From Myxococcota bacterium (lineage in GTDB: Bacteria > Myxococcota_A > UBA9160 > JAFDDA01), in assembly GCA_965228475.1 (NCBI GenBank), contig OZ245817.1, positions 4,672,001-4,736,000 on the forward strand: DNA of 64,000 bases, in the 5' to 3' direction. The notes beneath the pieces are model-generated. The model was not told where the DNA came from. It was given only the letters and a program-made list of their open reading frames with translations, and did not search any database. Made by a program: the position numbers and the translations under genes. Shown one piece after another: positions 29,059-39,197 of this stretch; the stretch's first letter is position 1; the number at the start of each line of letters is the position of its first letter.

Positions 29059-30524
29059 GCTCCCTCCTCGCGATCCGCGAGGTTGCCCGCGAAGGGAACC
29101 TGCTCGTAGCCCCGGGCCTTCGGGTTCGCCTCCATGCAGAAGCGCGTCGAGGGAAGGATCTTCCCCGGATTGCTCCGCTGCTCCGGGTCGAAGGCGCGGC
29201 GCAGACGCTTCATCGCCTCGAGGTCGGCTTCGCCGTAGAGCAGCGGCATGAAGTCCCGCTTCTCGGTGCCAACGCCGTGCTCGCCCGTGATCACGCCGCC
29301 CGCCTCGATGCAGGTGCGCAGGATCTCTTCCCCCGCGGCGAGCACGCGCTCGAGTTCGTCCGGGTCCCGGCGGTCGAAGGAGATGTTCGGGTGGAGGTTT
29401 CCGTCGCCGGCGTGGAAGACGTTCGAGAGCTTCAGGCGGTGGCGATCGCCGATCTCGCAGACCTTGGCGATCACTTCCGGCAGCTTCGTGCGCGGGACGA
29501 CGGCGTCGTGCACGTAGAGGTCCGGCGCGAGGCGCCCCATCGCGCCGAAGGCCCCCTTCCGGGCGGCCCAGAACTTCGCGCGCTCCGCGGCGTCGCGTGC
29601 GACGTCGACGCGCCCTGCCCCGGCGCCCCGGGCGATCTCGCGGATCCGTTCGATCTGGCCGGCCACCGCCGCGCGCGGGCCGTCGAGTTCGACGAGCAGC
29701 ACGGCGCCGGCATCCTTCGGGAGCCCGGCGGCGTAGACGCTCGCCTCGACGGCCTCGATCGTGCGGCGGTCGAGGATCTCGAGGGCCGCCGGGACGAGTC
29801 CCTGTCGGATCACCTCGCCGACGGCGCGGCAGGCGGAAACCAGATCGTCGAAGACCGCGAGCAGCGTCTCGATGGCTTCGGGGATCGGCTCGAGGTTCAC
29901 CGTGATCTCGGTGACGATGCCGAGCGTGCCTTCGCTCCCGACCACCGCGCCGACGAGGTCGTAGCCCGGCGGGGCACCCGCCTCGGACCCGATCCGCACG
30001 ACCCGCCCGTCGGCGGTGACGAGCTCGAGCGCGAGGATGTGGTTGCTGGTCGTGCCGTACTTCAGGGTGTGCGGCCCGCCCGAATTCTCCGCGACGTTGC
30101 CGCCGATCGTGCAGGCGAGCTGGCTCGAGGGGTCCGGGGCGTAGAAGAGGCCGTGGGGTGCCACGGCGCGGGAGAGGTCGGCATTGACGAGCCCGGGCTG
30201 CACCCGCGCCCAGCGATCCTCGACGTCGACCTCGAGCACGCGGTTCATGCGCGAGCATCCGACGACGACGGCGCCGTCGCAGGCGAGCGCGCCGCCGGAG
30301 AGCCCGGTGCCCGCGCCGCGCGGAACGAAGCTCACTCCCGCCTCGCCGCACGCGCGCACGATGCGGACGACGTCCGACGTGTCCCGTGGAAAGACCACCG
30401 CGCTCGGCTGGGCCGCGTGGAGGGAGAGCCCGTCGCACTCGTACGGAAAGACCTCGTCCGCCCGCGCGAGGCAGCGCTCCGCGCCGACGATCCCGCGCAG
30501 GGTTTCCGTGAGGTCCGAAGCCAT
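29055..30524 (-). CDS. glcD: Glycolate oxidase subunit
   Basis: PRGAGTGLSGG, YAPDPSSQ, GGNVAENSGG, HAGDGNLHP, GEHGVG. Confidence 0.92.
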   Translation of the reverse strand: MASDLTETLRGIVGAERCLARADEVFPYECDGLSLHAAQPSAVVFPRDTSDVVRIVRACGEAGVSFVPRGAGTGLSGGALACDGAVVVGCSRMNRVLEVDVEDRWARVQPGLVNADLSRAVAPHGLFYAPDPSSQLACTIGGNVAENSGGPHTLKYGTTSNHILALELVTADGRVVRIGSEAGAPPGYDLVGAVVGSEGTLGIVTEITVNLEPIPEAIETLLAVFDDLVSACRAVGEVIRQGLVPAALEILDRRTIEAVEASVYAAGLPKDAGAVLLVELDGPRAAVAGQIERIREIARGAGAGRVDVARDAAERAKFWAARKGAFGAMGRLAPDLYVHDAVVPRTKLPEVIAKVCEIGDRHRLKLSNVFHAGDGNLHPNISFDRRDPDELERVLAAGEEILRTCIEAGGVITGEHGVGTEKRDFMPLLYGEADLEAMKRLRRAFDPEQRSNPGKILPSTRFCMEANPKARGYEQVPFAGNLADREEGA

Positions 30525-30585
30525 GGTGGGGAACGTAGCGGCTGGCCGTGCGCGCGGGGCGCCCGGCGAACCGGAGCGGCGGCGG

Positions 30586-31620
30586 CTAGCCGAGGCCCAG
30601 GCGCTCGAGATCGTCTTCGTCGAGGCCGAGGTAGTGGCCGATCTCGTGCTTCACCGTGATCTGGATCTGCTCGATCAGCTCGTCCTCGTCGCGGCAGGCC
30701 TTCTCGAGGTTCCGCTTGAAGAGGATCACCCGGTCGATGTTCGGCCCGTCGCCGGTGATGCTCGCCTCGGTCCGGGGGATCCCCATGAAGAGGCCGAGGA
30801 TCTGGGGCGAGACGTTCTCGTGCCGCACGAGCTCGGCGGCGGGGAAGTCTTCGATCAGGACGGGGACGTGGGCCACGTACTCGCGGATCGAGCGCGGGAG
30901 GTCGTCGATGGCTTCCCGGGCCGCGGCCTCGAAGGCACTCTCGCCGATCCGGACCGGCTGCGGGTAGTGCTTCGGGTCGAGGGCATCCGCGCGCACGAAG
31001 GCCTCCTCGGCGTCGTCCTCGCGGCCGAGGCGCTCGAGCACGAGGGCGTAGTGATAGACGGCGTGGGGCGAGTCCGGGTCGAGACCCACGGCCCGCTCGA
31101 GCCGCCGGTGCGCCTCTTCGAAGCGGCCGAGTTCGAGCAGGATCTGGCCCTCGAAGGCCAGGGAGATGCCCTGGTCACCGCCGCACTGGAGCGCGCGCTT
31201 CACCAGGAAGAGGGCCCCTTCGAGGTCCTCTTGGTAGAAGCAGGCCTTCGACTTCAGGTAGTGGACCTCGGATTCGAGGCCGCGGTCGAGGCGCGGCAGC
31301 TCGGCGGCACCGCCGAGCAGGCGGTCGCACAGGCGCAGGGCCTCTTCGTACTCGCCGAGCTCCTCGATCAGCAGCTCGGCGCGGTTCAGGTGGGCCGTCG
31401 CGAACTTCGGATCCGCCAGGGTGGCCAGCTCGAACTCGTAGAGCGACTCGTCGATGCGCCCCTCGTCCCAGAGGATCTCGCCGCGGCCGTTGTGGGCCTC
31501 GGCGCCGTTGGGATTCTCTTTGAGCGCCTCGTCGAGCCACGCCATGGCCTCCTCGGTGTCTCCACCGTGGGAAGCTTCCATGGCCTGGTCCAGGCAGTGC
31601 CAGTAGCGGTCGTCTTTCAT
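30586..31620 (-). CDS. TPR repeats fused to zincin-like metallopeptidase (DUF1025-like)
   Basis: Several TPR units, then ILGLFMG...ILFKRNLE...TVKHEIGHYLGLDEDDL. Confidence 0.85.
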   Translation of the reverse strand: MKDDRYWHCLDQAMEASHGGDTEEAMAWLDEALKENPNGAEAHNGRGEILWDEGRIDESLYEFELATLADPKFATAHLNRAELLIEELGEYEEALRLCDRLLGGAAELPRLDRGLESEVHYLKSKACFYQEDLEGALFLVKRALQCGGDQGISLAFEGQILLELGRFEEAHRRLERAVGLDPDSPHAVYHYALVLERLGREDDAEEAFVRADALDPKHYPQPVRIGESAFEAAAREAIDDLPRSIREYVAHVPVLIEDFPAAELVRHENVSPQILGLFMGIPRTEASITGDGPNIDRVILFKRNLEKACRDEDELIEQIQITVKHEIGHYLGLDEDDLERLGLG

Positions 31621-31900
31621 GGCCTCGATTCCGGCCCCGGCGGGGCCCGGGCGCGCCACCATAGCAGACGGCCCCCGCCGGAATCGCCGCACGCTCCCGT
31701 CGAGGAAATCCCGCAAGCTCCTGTTTCCGCTGGCAAAAATGCATACACGGGATCCGGTCGGCCGGGGCCGCCCCCGCGCTCGCAGCATGGGCCTCCAAGT
31801 GCCTCAAATCGTGTTCGTTTCCGTGCAGGCAGGCTCCGTGCAGGTCGCTCCCGCCGCGCCGGGCGGCGCGCCTTCCGCCCGGACGCCCGGGCGGAGCGCG

Positions 31901-31949
31901 TGGACACTCCGGCCGGCCCCGGAGTAGAGTATCTGACACACCGTCAGAT
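31901..31949 (+). promoter_or_regulatory. Promoter plus palindromic operator upstream of amidohydrolase
   Basis: TGGACA-N18-TAGAGT followed by ATCTGAC-ACACC-GTCAGAT (31931-31949). Confidence 0.65.
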
Positions 31950-31982
31950 TTTGCGGACCCGGTCCGCGCGCAAGGAGTCGCC

Positions 31983-33293
31983 ATGCGCCCCGAGGACATG
32001 ATCCTGGTCAGCGTCGACGATCACGTGGTCGAGCCGCCCGACATGTTCGAGCAGCACGTCCCCGTGCAGTGGAAGGACCGCGCGCCGCGGGTCGAGCGGC
32101 TCGCCTCGGGCGCCGACGTCTGGACCTTCGAGGGCCAGCCGATTCCGAACATCGGCCTGAACGCCGTGGCCGGCCGGCCGCCCGAGGAGTACGGCGTCGA
32201 GCCGACCTCCTTCGATCAGCTCCGCGCGGGCTGCTACGACGTCGACGCGCGCATCGGCGACATGAACGCGAACGGCGTGCTCGCGAGCATGTGCTTCCCC
32301 TCGTTCCCGTCGTTCTGCGGCGCGCTCTTCCTGCGCTGCGAGGACAAGGCCCTCTCCCGCGTGATGCTCCAGGCCTACAACGATTGGCACATCGACCAGT
32401 GGTGCGGGAGCCACCCCGGCCGCTTCATTCCGCTCTCGCTGCCCCCGATCTGGGACCCGGAGCTCATGGCCGAGGAGGTCCGGCGTGTCGCGAAGAAGGG
32501 CTGCCACGCGGTCTCCTTCTGCGAGAACCCGGAGAAGCTCGGCCTGCCGAGCCTGCACGCCCCGCACTGGGACCCCTTCTGGCGCGCGTGCTCCGAGGAA
32601 GGAACGATCGTCTGCATCCACATCGGCTCGGCGGCGGGCATGGTCTTCACGTCCATGGACTCGCCGGTGAACGTGATGATCACGGTCTCGCCGATGAACA
32701 TCTTCAGCTGCGCAGCGGATCTCCTGTGGAGCCGGATGACGCGCGAGTATCCGGACCTCCGCTTCGCGCTCTCGGAGGGCGGCATCGGCTGGATCCCGTA
32801 CTTCCTCGACCGCGTCGACTACGTCTACAAGCAGCACAAGGCCTGGACGCGGCAGGACTACGGCGGGCGGCTGCCGAGCGAGGTCTTCCGCGAGCGCTTC
32901 ATCACCTGCTTCATCGACGACCCGGTCGGCGTGCGCGAACGCGAGCGGGTCGGCCTCGACACGATCACCTGGGAGTGCGACTACCCGCACTCGGACTCGA
33001 CCTGGCCGAAGGCGCCGGAGGCGCTCTTCTCGCGCCACTTCGAGGGCGTTCCGGACGCCGACATCCACGCCATCACCCACGGCAACGCGCTGCGCACCTT
33101 CCGGCTCGACCCCTTCGCCCATCTGCCGAAGGAGGAGTGCACCGTCGCGGCGCTGCGCGCGAAGGCCACGGACGTCGATCTTTCGCTGAAGGGGCACGGC
33201 GGAACGCCGCCGAACGACCACGGCGGGCCGGTCACGGCCGGGGACATCACGAAGCAGCTGGCGACGGCTTTCGTGGCGCCGCCGGCGGACTAG
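31983..33293 (+). CDS. Amidohydrolase_2 family protein
   Basis: SVDDHVVEP, AYNDW, HIGS, SEGGIGW, WECDYPHSD; AAGGAG RBS. Confidence 0.9.
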   Translation: MRPEDMILVSVDDHVVEPPDMFEQHVPVQWKDRAPRVERLASGADVWTFEGQPIPNIGLNAVAGRPPEEYGVEPTSFDQLRAGCYDVDARIGDMNANGVLASMCFPSFPSFCGALFLRCEDKALSRVMLQAYNDWHIDQWCGSHPGRFIPLSLPPIWDPELMAEEVRRVAKKGCHAVSFCENPEKLGLPSLHAPHWDPFWRACSEEGTIVCIHIGSAAGMVFTSMDSPVNVMITVSPMNIFSCAADLLWSRMTREYPDLRFALSEGGIGWIPYFLDRVDYVYKQHKAWTRQDYGGRLPSEVFRERFITCFIDDPVGVRERERVGLDTITWECDYPHSDSTWPKAPEALFSRHFEGVPDADIHAITHGNALRTFRLDPFAHLPKEECTVAALRAKATDVDLSLKGHGGTPPNDHGGPVTAGDITKQLATAFVAPPAD

Positions 33294-33294
33294 C

Positions 33295-34299
33295 TCAGGC
33301 GGCGAGAAGCGCCTTCGTCCGGCCGGCGAGCAGATCCGCCACGGGCCGCGAGCCGTCGAAGCGCTCGCACAGGATCTTGATCACCACGGTGATCGGGACG
33401 GAGAGGATCATCCCGATGATCCCCCAAAGCATGCCCCACAGGATGAGCGAGAGCAGGATCGTCACGGGGTGGAGGTCGAGCGACTCGCCCATGATCGTCG
33501 GCTCGAGGAAGTTCCCGACGGTGAGCTGGATGGCCGCCGGCACGGCGATGGCCGCGAGCGCGACCTGGGACGAGATCTCCGGGCTCACGAGCAGGATCGG
33601 CAGCGGCAGGAGCGTCGCCGCGATCGAGCCGATGCTCGGGATGAAGTTCAACAGGAAGGCGAAGAGCCCGAACACCAGCGCGAGCGGAACGCCGAGCAGC
33701 AGGAGCGTCAGCCCGACGAAGAAGCCCGTGGCGAGCGAGATCACCGCCTTCGTCGCGATGTAGCGCTTGATCCGCTTCTCGGCTTCGCCCCACATACCGT
33801 CCTTCGCGGCACGGCGACTGCTCCCGAAGACCAGGAACAGCACGAAGATCAGCACGACGAAGGAGTTCGAGAGCGTGTTGGCGATGGCGTTCGCCGTGCG
33901 CGCGAGGAAGCCGCCGATCGTCGAGACCGGGATCTGCGCCAGGGCCGCCTCCTGGGCGGGGCGCCAGCGCTCAGGGACCAGCGCCACCGCGTCCTCGGCG
34001 AGCTGGGAGAGATGAGCGGTGTAGAGGTCGGCCTTGGCCGTGAGCTCACCGACGGAGATCGAGACCAGCGTCGCCATGCCCACGAGCACGCCGACCCCGG
34101 CCAGCACCGCCGAGGCCATCGCCAGGGAGCGCGGAACCTTCAGGTGCTCTTCGAGGAACTCCGCCGCCGCGTGGAGCCCCATCGTGATGAACAGGGCCAG
34201 CGTGAAGGGAACCATCACCGGGCGAAGCCAGTAGAGGGCGGCTCCCGTCAGCACCGTGGCGATGAGCACCAGGCTGACGGTCTGGACGCGGGACTCCAT
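33295..34299 (-). CDS. AI-2E family transporter
   Basis: Multi-TM; LLNFIPSIGS, LEPTIMGESLDLHP, WGIIGMILSVP. Confidence 0.9.
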   Translation of the reverse strand: MESRVQTVSLVLIATVLTGAALYWLRPVMVPFTLALFITMGLHAAAEFLEEHLKVPRSLAMASAVLAGVGVLVGMATLVSISVGELTAKADLYTAHLSQLAEDAVALVPERWRPAQEAALAQIPVSTIGGFLARTANAIANTLSNSFVVLIFVLFLVFGSSRRAAKDGMWGEAEKRIKRYIATKAVISLATGFFVGLTLLLLGVPLALVFGLFAFLLNFIPSIGSIAATLLPLPILLVSPEISSQVALAAIAVPAAIQLTVGNFLEPTIMGESLDLHPVTILLSLILWGMLWGIIGMILSVPITVVIKILCERFDGSRPVADLLAGRTKALLAA

Positions 34300-34306
34300 C
34301 GCTCGT

Positions 34307-35821
34307 CTATAGCAAGCCGTCCCAGACGCGCCGGGAATTCGCGCCCGGGTCGTCCTCGAAGCGGAGCTCGCGGTCGAAGAGCAGCGTGGTCCGGGACTCG
34401 GGCGTCCAGGCCGGCCAGGCGCCGCCCGGGAGGCCGTCGTGCGCCGGGTTCCCGGTGCGGGCGAAGGCCAGCCAGGCGTCCATCGTGGCTTCGGAGAGTG
34501 CGTCGGCGTCGGGCCCCTCGGCGTTGAAGAAGTCCGCGCCCTGCATGCCCGTGCTGGTCACGCCGAAGACGAAGGGCAGCTCGATCGCGTGACACGCGCC
34601 GAGCATCCCGTTGCCGAAGCCGGCGACCCAGTCGTAGCGGTAGCAGTAGATGGAGCCGGGGTGCGCGTGGTGCGCCTCGGCCAGCCGCTGGGCCGGGATG
34701 CGGAAGACGCGGTCCGTCTCGAGCGCGAAGTAGAGGTCCGGCGGCGTCGCCTCGTGGCCGTGGTCGGCGCGGTAGGCGTCGAGAAGGGCGTCGGGCGTCC
34801 CGTGGTTCGCGATGCGGTCGCGCAGTCCGGCCTCGTCGAGCTGGGCCACGGCGGGGTCGAGGAACCCGAAGAGCTTCCACTCGTCGCGCGTCGTTCCGAC
34901 GAGCAGATCGACGCCGGCCGCCGAGCCTTCGCGGACCGCGTCGTGGGGCGTCGCGGGCAGGAAGTCCCCGTCGTGCACGGGCTGGAAGGGCAGCAGGCCG
35001 AGGGTGGTCCCGAGCGCGAGACTCGTCTGGGCCTGGGCGTCGCGGATCTTCTCCGCCGGAAGCTCGCGCAGGGCCCGCCCGGCATCGGCCGCGTCGACGC
35101 CGAGGGTCGCGAGGAGCGACTCCCCGACCTTCGTCGCCGTCGCCGCGTCGTGGACGTTGTGGGCGGCGCCGCTCTGGGGGATCGCCTTGTGGAAGAGCCC
35201 ACGCGCGGCGGGCGCGCCGAGGAGCGTGCCGACGCTCATGCCCCCCGCCGACTCCCCGAAGATCGTGACGTTGCCCGGGTCGCCACCGAAGGCCGCGATG
35301 TTGCGCTGCACCCACTCGAGGGCGGCCACTTGATCGCGGATGCCGCAGTTCGAGACCGCCTCCTCGAGACCGGGCGCGAGCTCCGGCAGGTGCAGGAAGC
35401 CGAGCGCCCCGAGGCGGTAGTTGATCGTCACCACGACGACGTCGCCGCGGCGCGCGAGCCGCGTGCCGTCGTAGATGGTCTGGGTGCCCGAGCCGAGCAC
35501 GAAGGCGCCCCCGTGGATCCACACCATGACCGGGCGCTTCGCGGCATCGGCGCCGGGCGTGAAGACGTTCAGGAAGAGGCAGTCTTCGTTCTGCTCACCG
35601 ACGTCCATGCCCGGGAGCGGAAGCATGATCGGCGGCTGGAGCGAGCAGGTCCCGGCCGCGCTGGCGTCGCGGACGCCGGCCCAGGGCTCGGGCGGCGCGG
35701 GGGCGGCGAAGCGGCGCGCGCCGACCGGCGGTGCCGCGTACGGGATGCCCCGGAAGATCTCGATGCCCTCCGCGTTCGTTCCCTCGAGCTTTCCGTACTG
35801 CGTCTCGACGATCGTTCCCAT
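34307..35821 (-). CDS. Type-B carboxylesterase (PnbA-like)
   Basis: GIPYAAPP, EDCLFLNV, WIHGGAF, NYRLG, GESAGG, ACHAIE. Confidence 0.93.
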   Translation of the reverse strand: MGTIVETQYGKLEGTNAEGIEIFRGIPYAAPPVGARRFAAPAPPEPWAGVRDASAAGTCSLQPPIMLPLPGMDVGEQNEDCLFLNVFTPGADAAKRPVMVWIHGGAFVLGSGTQTIYDGTRLARRGDVVVVTINYRLGALGFLHLPELAPGLEEAVSNCGIRDQVAALEWVQRNIAAFGGDPGNVTIFGESAGGMSVGTLLGAPAARGLFHKAIPQSGAAHNVHDAATATKVGESLLATLGVDAADAGRALRELPAEKIRDAQAQTSLALGTTLGLLPFQPVHDGDFLPATPHDAVREGSAAGVDLLVGTTRDEWKLFGFLDPAVAQLDEAGLRDRIANHGTPDALLDAYRADHGHEATPPDLYFALETDRVFRIPAQRLAEAHHAHPGSIYCYRYDWVAGFGNGMLGACHAIELPFVFGVTSTGMQGADFFNAEGPDADALSEATMDAWLAFARTGNPAHDGLPGGAWPAWTPESRTTLLFDRELRFEDDPGANSRRVWDGLL

Positions 35822-35921
35822 GGCTCCTCCGGTACGTAGCGCGTGGTGCGGGCGACACGACAGGATGCACGAAAAGCGGCGGGGAAGGAACCTCCCCGGG
35901 CGGGCGCCCGGGAGCCTCCCG

Positions 35922-36623
35922 TCAGGACGTCGAGGCCCAGGACCCCGGGCGGCCCGGGCGCTCGAGGGCGTGGGCGAGGTCCGCCAGGAAACAGGCCCGC
36001 GGGATGGACTTCGCGCCCATCGAGAGCAGGTGATCGTTCTCCACCTGGCAGTCGAGGAACGCGTAGCCGAAGGCCTCGAGCCGCTCGCACAGCGCCACCA
36101 TGGCGACCTTGGATGCGTCGCGTTCGCGGTGGAACATCGACTCGCCGAAGAAGCCGCCGCCGATCGCCACGCCGTAGATGCCGCCGACGAGCCGGCCCCC
36201 GCGCCAGGCCTCGACGCTGTGGGCGTAGCCGAGCCGGTGCAGCGCGACGTAGGCCTCGATCATCGATTCGCTGATCCAGGTTCCGTCCTGTTCGCTGCGC
36301 GGAACGGTGCCGCAGGCGCGCATCGTGCCCTCGAAGTCCGAGTCGACGCGGATCTCGAAACGCTTCTGCCGCAGCGTCTTGGCGAGCTTTCGCGAGACGT
36401 GGACCTCGCTGGGTTCGAGCACGCAGCGCGGGTCCGGCGAGAACCACAGCATCGGCTCCACCTCGCTCGAGGGCCACGGGAAGATGCCCTGGCGGTACGC
36501 CGCCAGGAGCCACTCGGGCCCGAGGCCGCCGCCGACCGCCAGGAGTCCGCTTTCGTGGGCGCACTCGGGCGGCGGAAACACCGGCTCCTCACCGAGCCAA
36601 TAGGGGCCTTCGCGCCAGCGCAT
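35922..36623 (-). CDS. aat: Leucyl/phenylalanyl-tRNA-protein transferase
   Basis: GLLAVGG, AYRQGIFPW, WFSPDPR, AHSVEAW, FFGESMF, DASKVA. Confidence 0.95.
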   Translation of the reverse strand: MRWREGPYWLGEEPVFPPPECAHESGLLAVGGGLGPEWLLAAYRQGIFPWPSSEVEPMLWFSPDPRCVLEPSEVHVSRKLAKTLRQKRFEIRVDSDFEGTMRACGTVPRSEQDGTWISESMIEAYVALHRLGYAHSVEAWRGGRLVGGIYGVAIGGGFFGESMFHRERDASKVAMVALCERLEAFGYAFLDCQVENDHLLSMGAKSIPRACFLADLAHALERPGRPGSWASTS

Positions 36624-36664
36624 GCCGGAAGGCTAGCCAGGAGTGGGCCGGAGGGCAGATCGCC

Positions 36665-37141
36665 CTAGGACTCGCGGAAGGAGCAGACCTTCCAGGCGCC
36701 GTCGCCGGTCTCGCAGACTTCGGCCCGCTGCCGCCGCTCGTGGCAGGCTTTGCGTTTCCGGCAGATCTGCTGGATCGCCTCGATGGTGACGGTGGACCCG
36801 TCCGTGGAGGACGTCTCCGAGAGCCGCTCGTAGCCGATCGAGACCACGTTGCCCTCGGCCGCGAGCACCTGGTCGTCCGGCGTCGCCTTGGAGCGGCCGA
36901 CACCGAGACGTGTATTTCGCCGTCCGCGCAGCTCCTGCACCTGGACCGTGCGCACCGCGCCCTTGGTGGCCAGCTTGCGCGCCTGCCCGTAGCGATCGTT
37001 CGCGAGATGCGAAGCGAACCGCTCGTAGGTCTCGAAGGCCTCGCTCCGGGGCGCGACCGCCTCGGGCAGCGAGACCGTTCCGGTCTGGAGGACCCACCAG
37101 CCGCCGCCGGCCAGGAGTGCCAAGAACAAGAGCTTTCCCAT
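36665..37141 (-). CDS. Hypothetical exported protein
   Basis: N-terminal hydrophobic anchor, four Cys; GAGG RBS. Confidence 0.6.
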   Translation of the reverse strand: MGKLLFLALLAGGGWWVLQTGTVSLPEAVAPRSEAFETYERFASHLANDRYGQARKLATKGAVRTVQVQELRGRRNTRLGVGRSKATPDDQVLAAEGNVVSIGYERLSETSSTDGSTVTIEAIQQICRKRKACHERRQRAEVCETGDGAWKVCSFRES

Positions 37142-37234
37142 GGCGCCACCTCGGACGCTTCATCGGCCGCCCGCGGGGCCCCATTGAGCCGCAGTTTCGG
37201 GAGCGGCTGTCGTACCATGGGCGCCGGAGGAACC

Positions 37235-38662
37235 ATGGGAGCCCGTACCGTTCTCTACGTCTGCCTGCTTTCTGGCTGGCTCGCCCTGCCGGCCGGCCCG
37301 GTCCGCGGGGACGACGCGGCGATCGCCCGCTTCACCGAGGCCCTGCGCTTCGAGACCATCTCCTTCGGCGACCCGGCGAACTGGCGCAGCGAGCCGTTCC
37401 TGGACCTCCACCGGCACCTGGAAGCGAGCTTCCCGCGCGTGCACCAGACCCTCCAGCGCGACGTCGTCGGGGACTACAGCCTGCTCTACACCTGGCGTGG
37501 GAACGATGCGGGCGCGGCACCGATCCTCCTGACCTCCCACCTCGACGTCGTCCCGGTTCCCGAGAGCACCCTCGAAGAGTGGGAGCAGCCGCCGTTCTCC
37601 GGCGCGATCGCGGACGGCTTCATCTGGGGCCGGGGCACCCTCGACAACAAGTACGGCGTCGTCGCCAGCCTCGAAGCCGTCGAGCGGCTGCTCTCCGATG
37701 GCTTCACGCCCTCCCGAACGGTCTACCTCGCCTTCGGCCACAACGAGGAGATCGGCGGCCAGGGCGGCGCGGCGGCCATCACGGACCTGCTCGCCTCCCG
37801 AGGCGTCCAGCTCGCCTGGAGCCTCGACGAAGGCCTCGCGGTGGTGTCGGGGGCCGTCCCGGGCCTCGAGGCTCCGACCGCCATGATCGGCATCGCCGAG
37901 AAGGGCTACGCCACCTTCGAGATCACGGCGCGGGCCGAGGGGGGACATTCGAGCACGCCTCCGCGTGAGGGCGCGATCGGCCGGCTCTCACGCGCCATCG
38001 CCCGCATCGAAGGCAACCCGATGCCCGGGCGCATGGACATCGCCGGGGGCCTCTTCGACGCGATCGGGCCTCACGTCGAGGGCGTCCAGGGGTTCGCGAT
38101 GCGCAACCACGGGCTGCTCGGCCCCGTCCTGCGCCGCGTCCTTTCGGGCAGCCCGGTGACGGACGCGATGCTCCGCACGACCACCGCGGTGACGATCGTC
38201 CGCGGCGGGACCAAGGAGAACATCCTCCCGCGCAGCGCCACGGCCACGGTGAACTTCCGCCTCTTCCCGGGCGACACGCCCGAAGACGTCGCCGCCCACC
38301 TCGCCGAGGTCATCGACGACGAAGGCGTCGAGATCGAACTCCTCGGCGGCAACGGCGCCTCCGCGGTCTCGAGCGACGAGAGCCGAGGCTTCACGGACAT
38401 CGCCGCCGCCATCGCCCGCGTCTTCCCGGATGCGATCGTGGCCCCGGGCCTCGTCCTCGCCGCCACGGACACCCGGCACTACAGCCGGATCGCCGACGAC
38501 GCCTACCGCTTCGGCCCCCTCGTGCTCACGACCGAGGACGCCAAGCGGATCCACGGGGTGAACGAACGCATCGGCGTCGAGAACTACCTGCAATGCATCG
38601 AGTTCTACGAGGCCCTGATCCGCCAGAGCGCCGGGCCGGGCAGCGAGCGCCCGGCCGAGTGA
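37235..38662 (+). CDS. M20 family peptidase (carboxypeptidase S/PM20D1-like), secreted
   Basis: Signal peptide, SHLDVVP, WGRGTLDNK, HNEEIGG, GGHSS, ATDTRHY, IHGVNE. Confidence 0.9.
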   Translation: MGARTVLYVCLLSGWLALPAGPVRGDDAAIARFTEALRFETISFGDPANWRSEPFLDLHRHLEASFPRVHQTLQRDVVGDYSLLYTWRGNDAGAAPILLTSHLDVVPVPESTLEEWEQPPFSGAIADGFIWGRGTLDNKYGVVASLEAVERLLSDGFTPSRTVYLAFGHNEEIGGQGGAAAITDLLASRGVQLAWSLDEGLAVVSGAVPGLEAPTAMIGIAEKGYATFEITARAEGGHSSTPPREGAIGRLSRAIARIEGNPMPGRMDIAGGLFDAIGPHVEGVQGFAMRNHGLLGPVLRRVLSGSPVTDAMLRTTTAVTIVRGGTKENILPRSATATVNFRLFPGDTPEDVAAHLAEVIDDEGVEIELLGGNGASAVSSDESRGFTDIAAAIARVFPDAIVAPGLVLAATDTRHYSRIADDAYRFGPLVLTTEDAKRIHGVNERIGVENYLQCIEFYEALIRQSAGPGSERPAE

Positions 38663-39168
38663 CGCCGGCCGAGCCCGTCTGGTACTTCGGCTACGGGAGC
38701 AACACCGAGCGCGGCACCTTCCTCGGCCGCCGCCGCATGCGCCCCCTCGAGGTCCGCGTCGGCCGTCTCGACGATTGGCTGCTGCGCTTCGACCTGCCGG
38801 TCGGCCGCGGGGAACGCGGGGTCGCGAACGTCGTGCCGCGGCGCGGGGAGCACGTCTGGGGCGTTCTCTGGCGCATCTCCGCCGAGCAGGCCCGCCACCT
38901 CGACCGGACCGAGGGCGTCGACCGCGGCTTCTACCGCCGCGTCGAGGTCGGCGTCCAGACCGGGGAAGGCGGCGCCGGCGGCGAGCTCGTCCGGGCCTTC
39001 ACCTACCACTCGCAGCGCGGGCGCGACGGCCGCAAGCCCTCCCGCCGCTACATGGGGCTGCTCCTCGCCGGCGCCCGCCAACACGGCCTCCCGGAGCCGT
39101 GGGTCGCGAACCTGCGCCGATTCGAGCTCGCCCGCGACGAGCGCACCGCCCAGGGGCGCCTCTTCTAG
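38659..39168 (+). CDS. Gamma-glutamylcyclotransferase family
   Basis: WYFGYGSN, VWGVLW, LDRTEG, PSRRY; GTGA overlap with upstream gene. Confidence 0.85.
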   Translation: MTPAEPVWYFGYGSNTERGTFLGRRRMRPLEVRVGRLDDWLLRFDLPVGRGERGVANVVPRRGEHVWGVLWRISAEQARHLDRTEGVDRGFYRRVEVGVQTGEGGAGGELVRAFTYHSQRGRDGRKPSRRYMGLLLAGARQHGLPEPWVANLRRFELARDERTAQGRLF

Positions 39169-39197
39169 GGTGGGCCCGGGCGTCCTATACTGAAGAC

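Noticed and set aside
31619..31927. Short plus-strand ORF in the gap before the amidohydrolase
   Set aside because: No RBS, motif or convincing codon bias, and it overlaps promoter elements.
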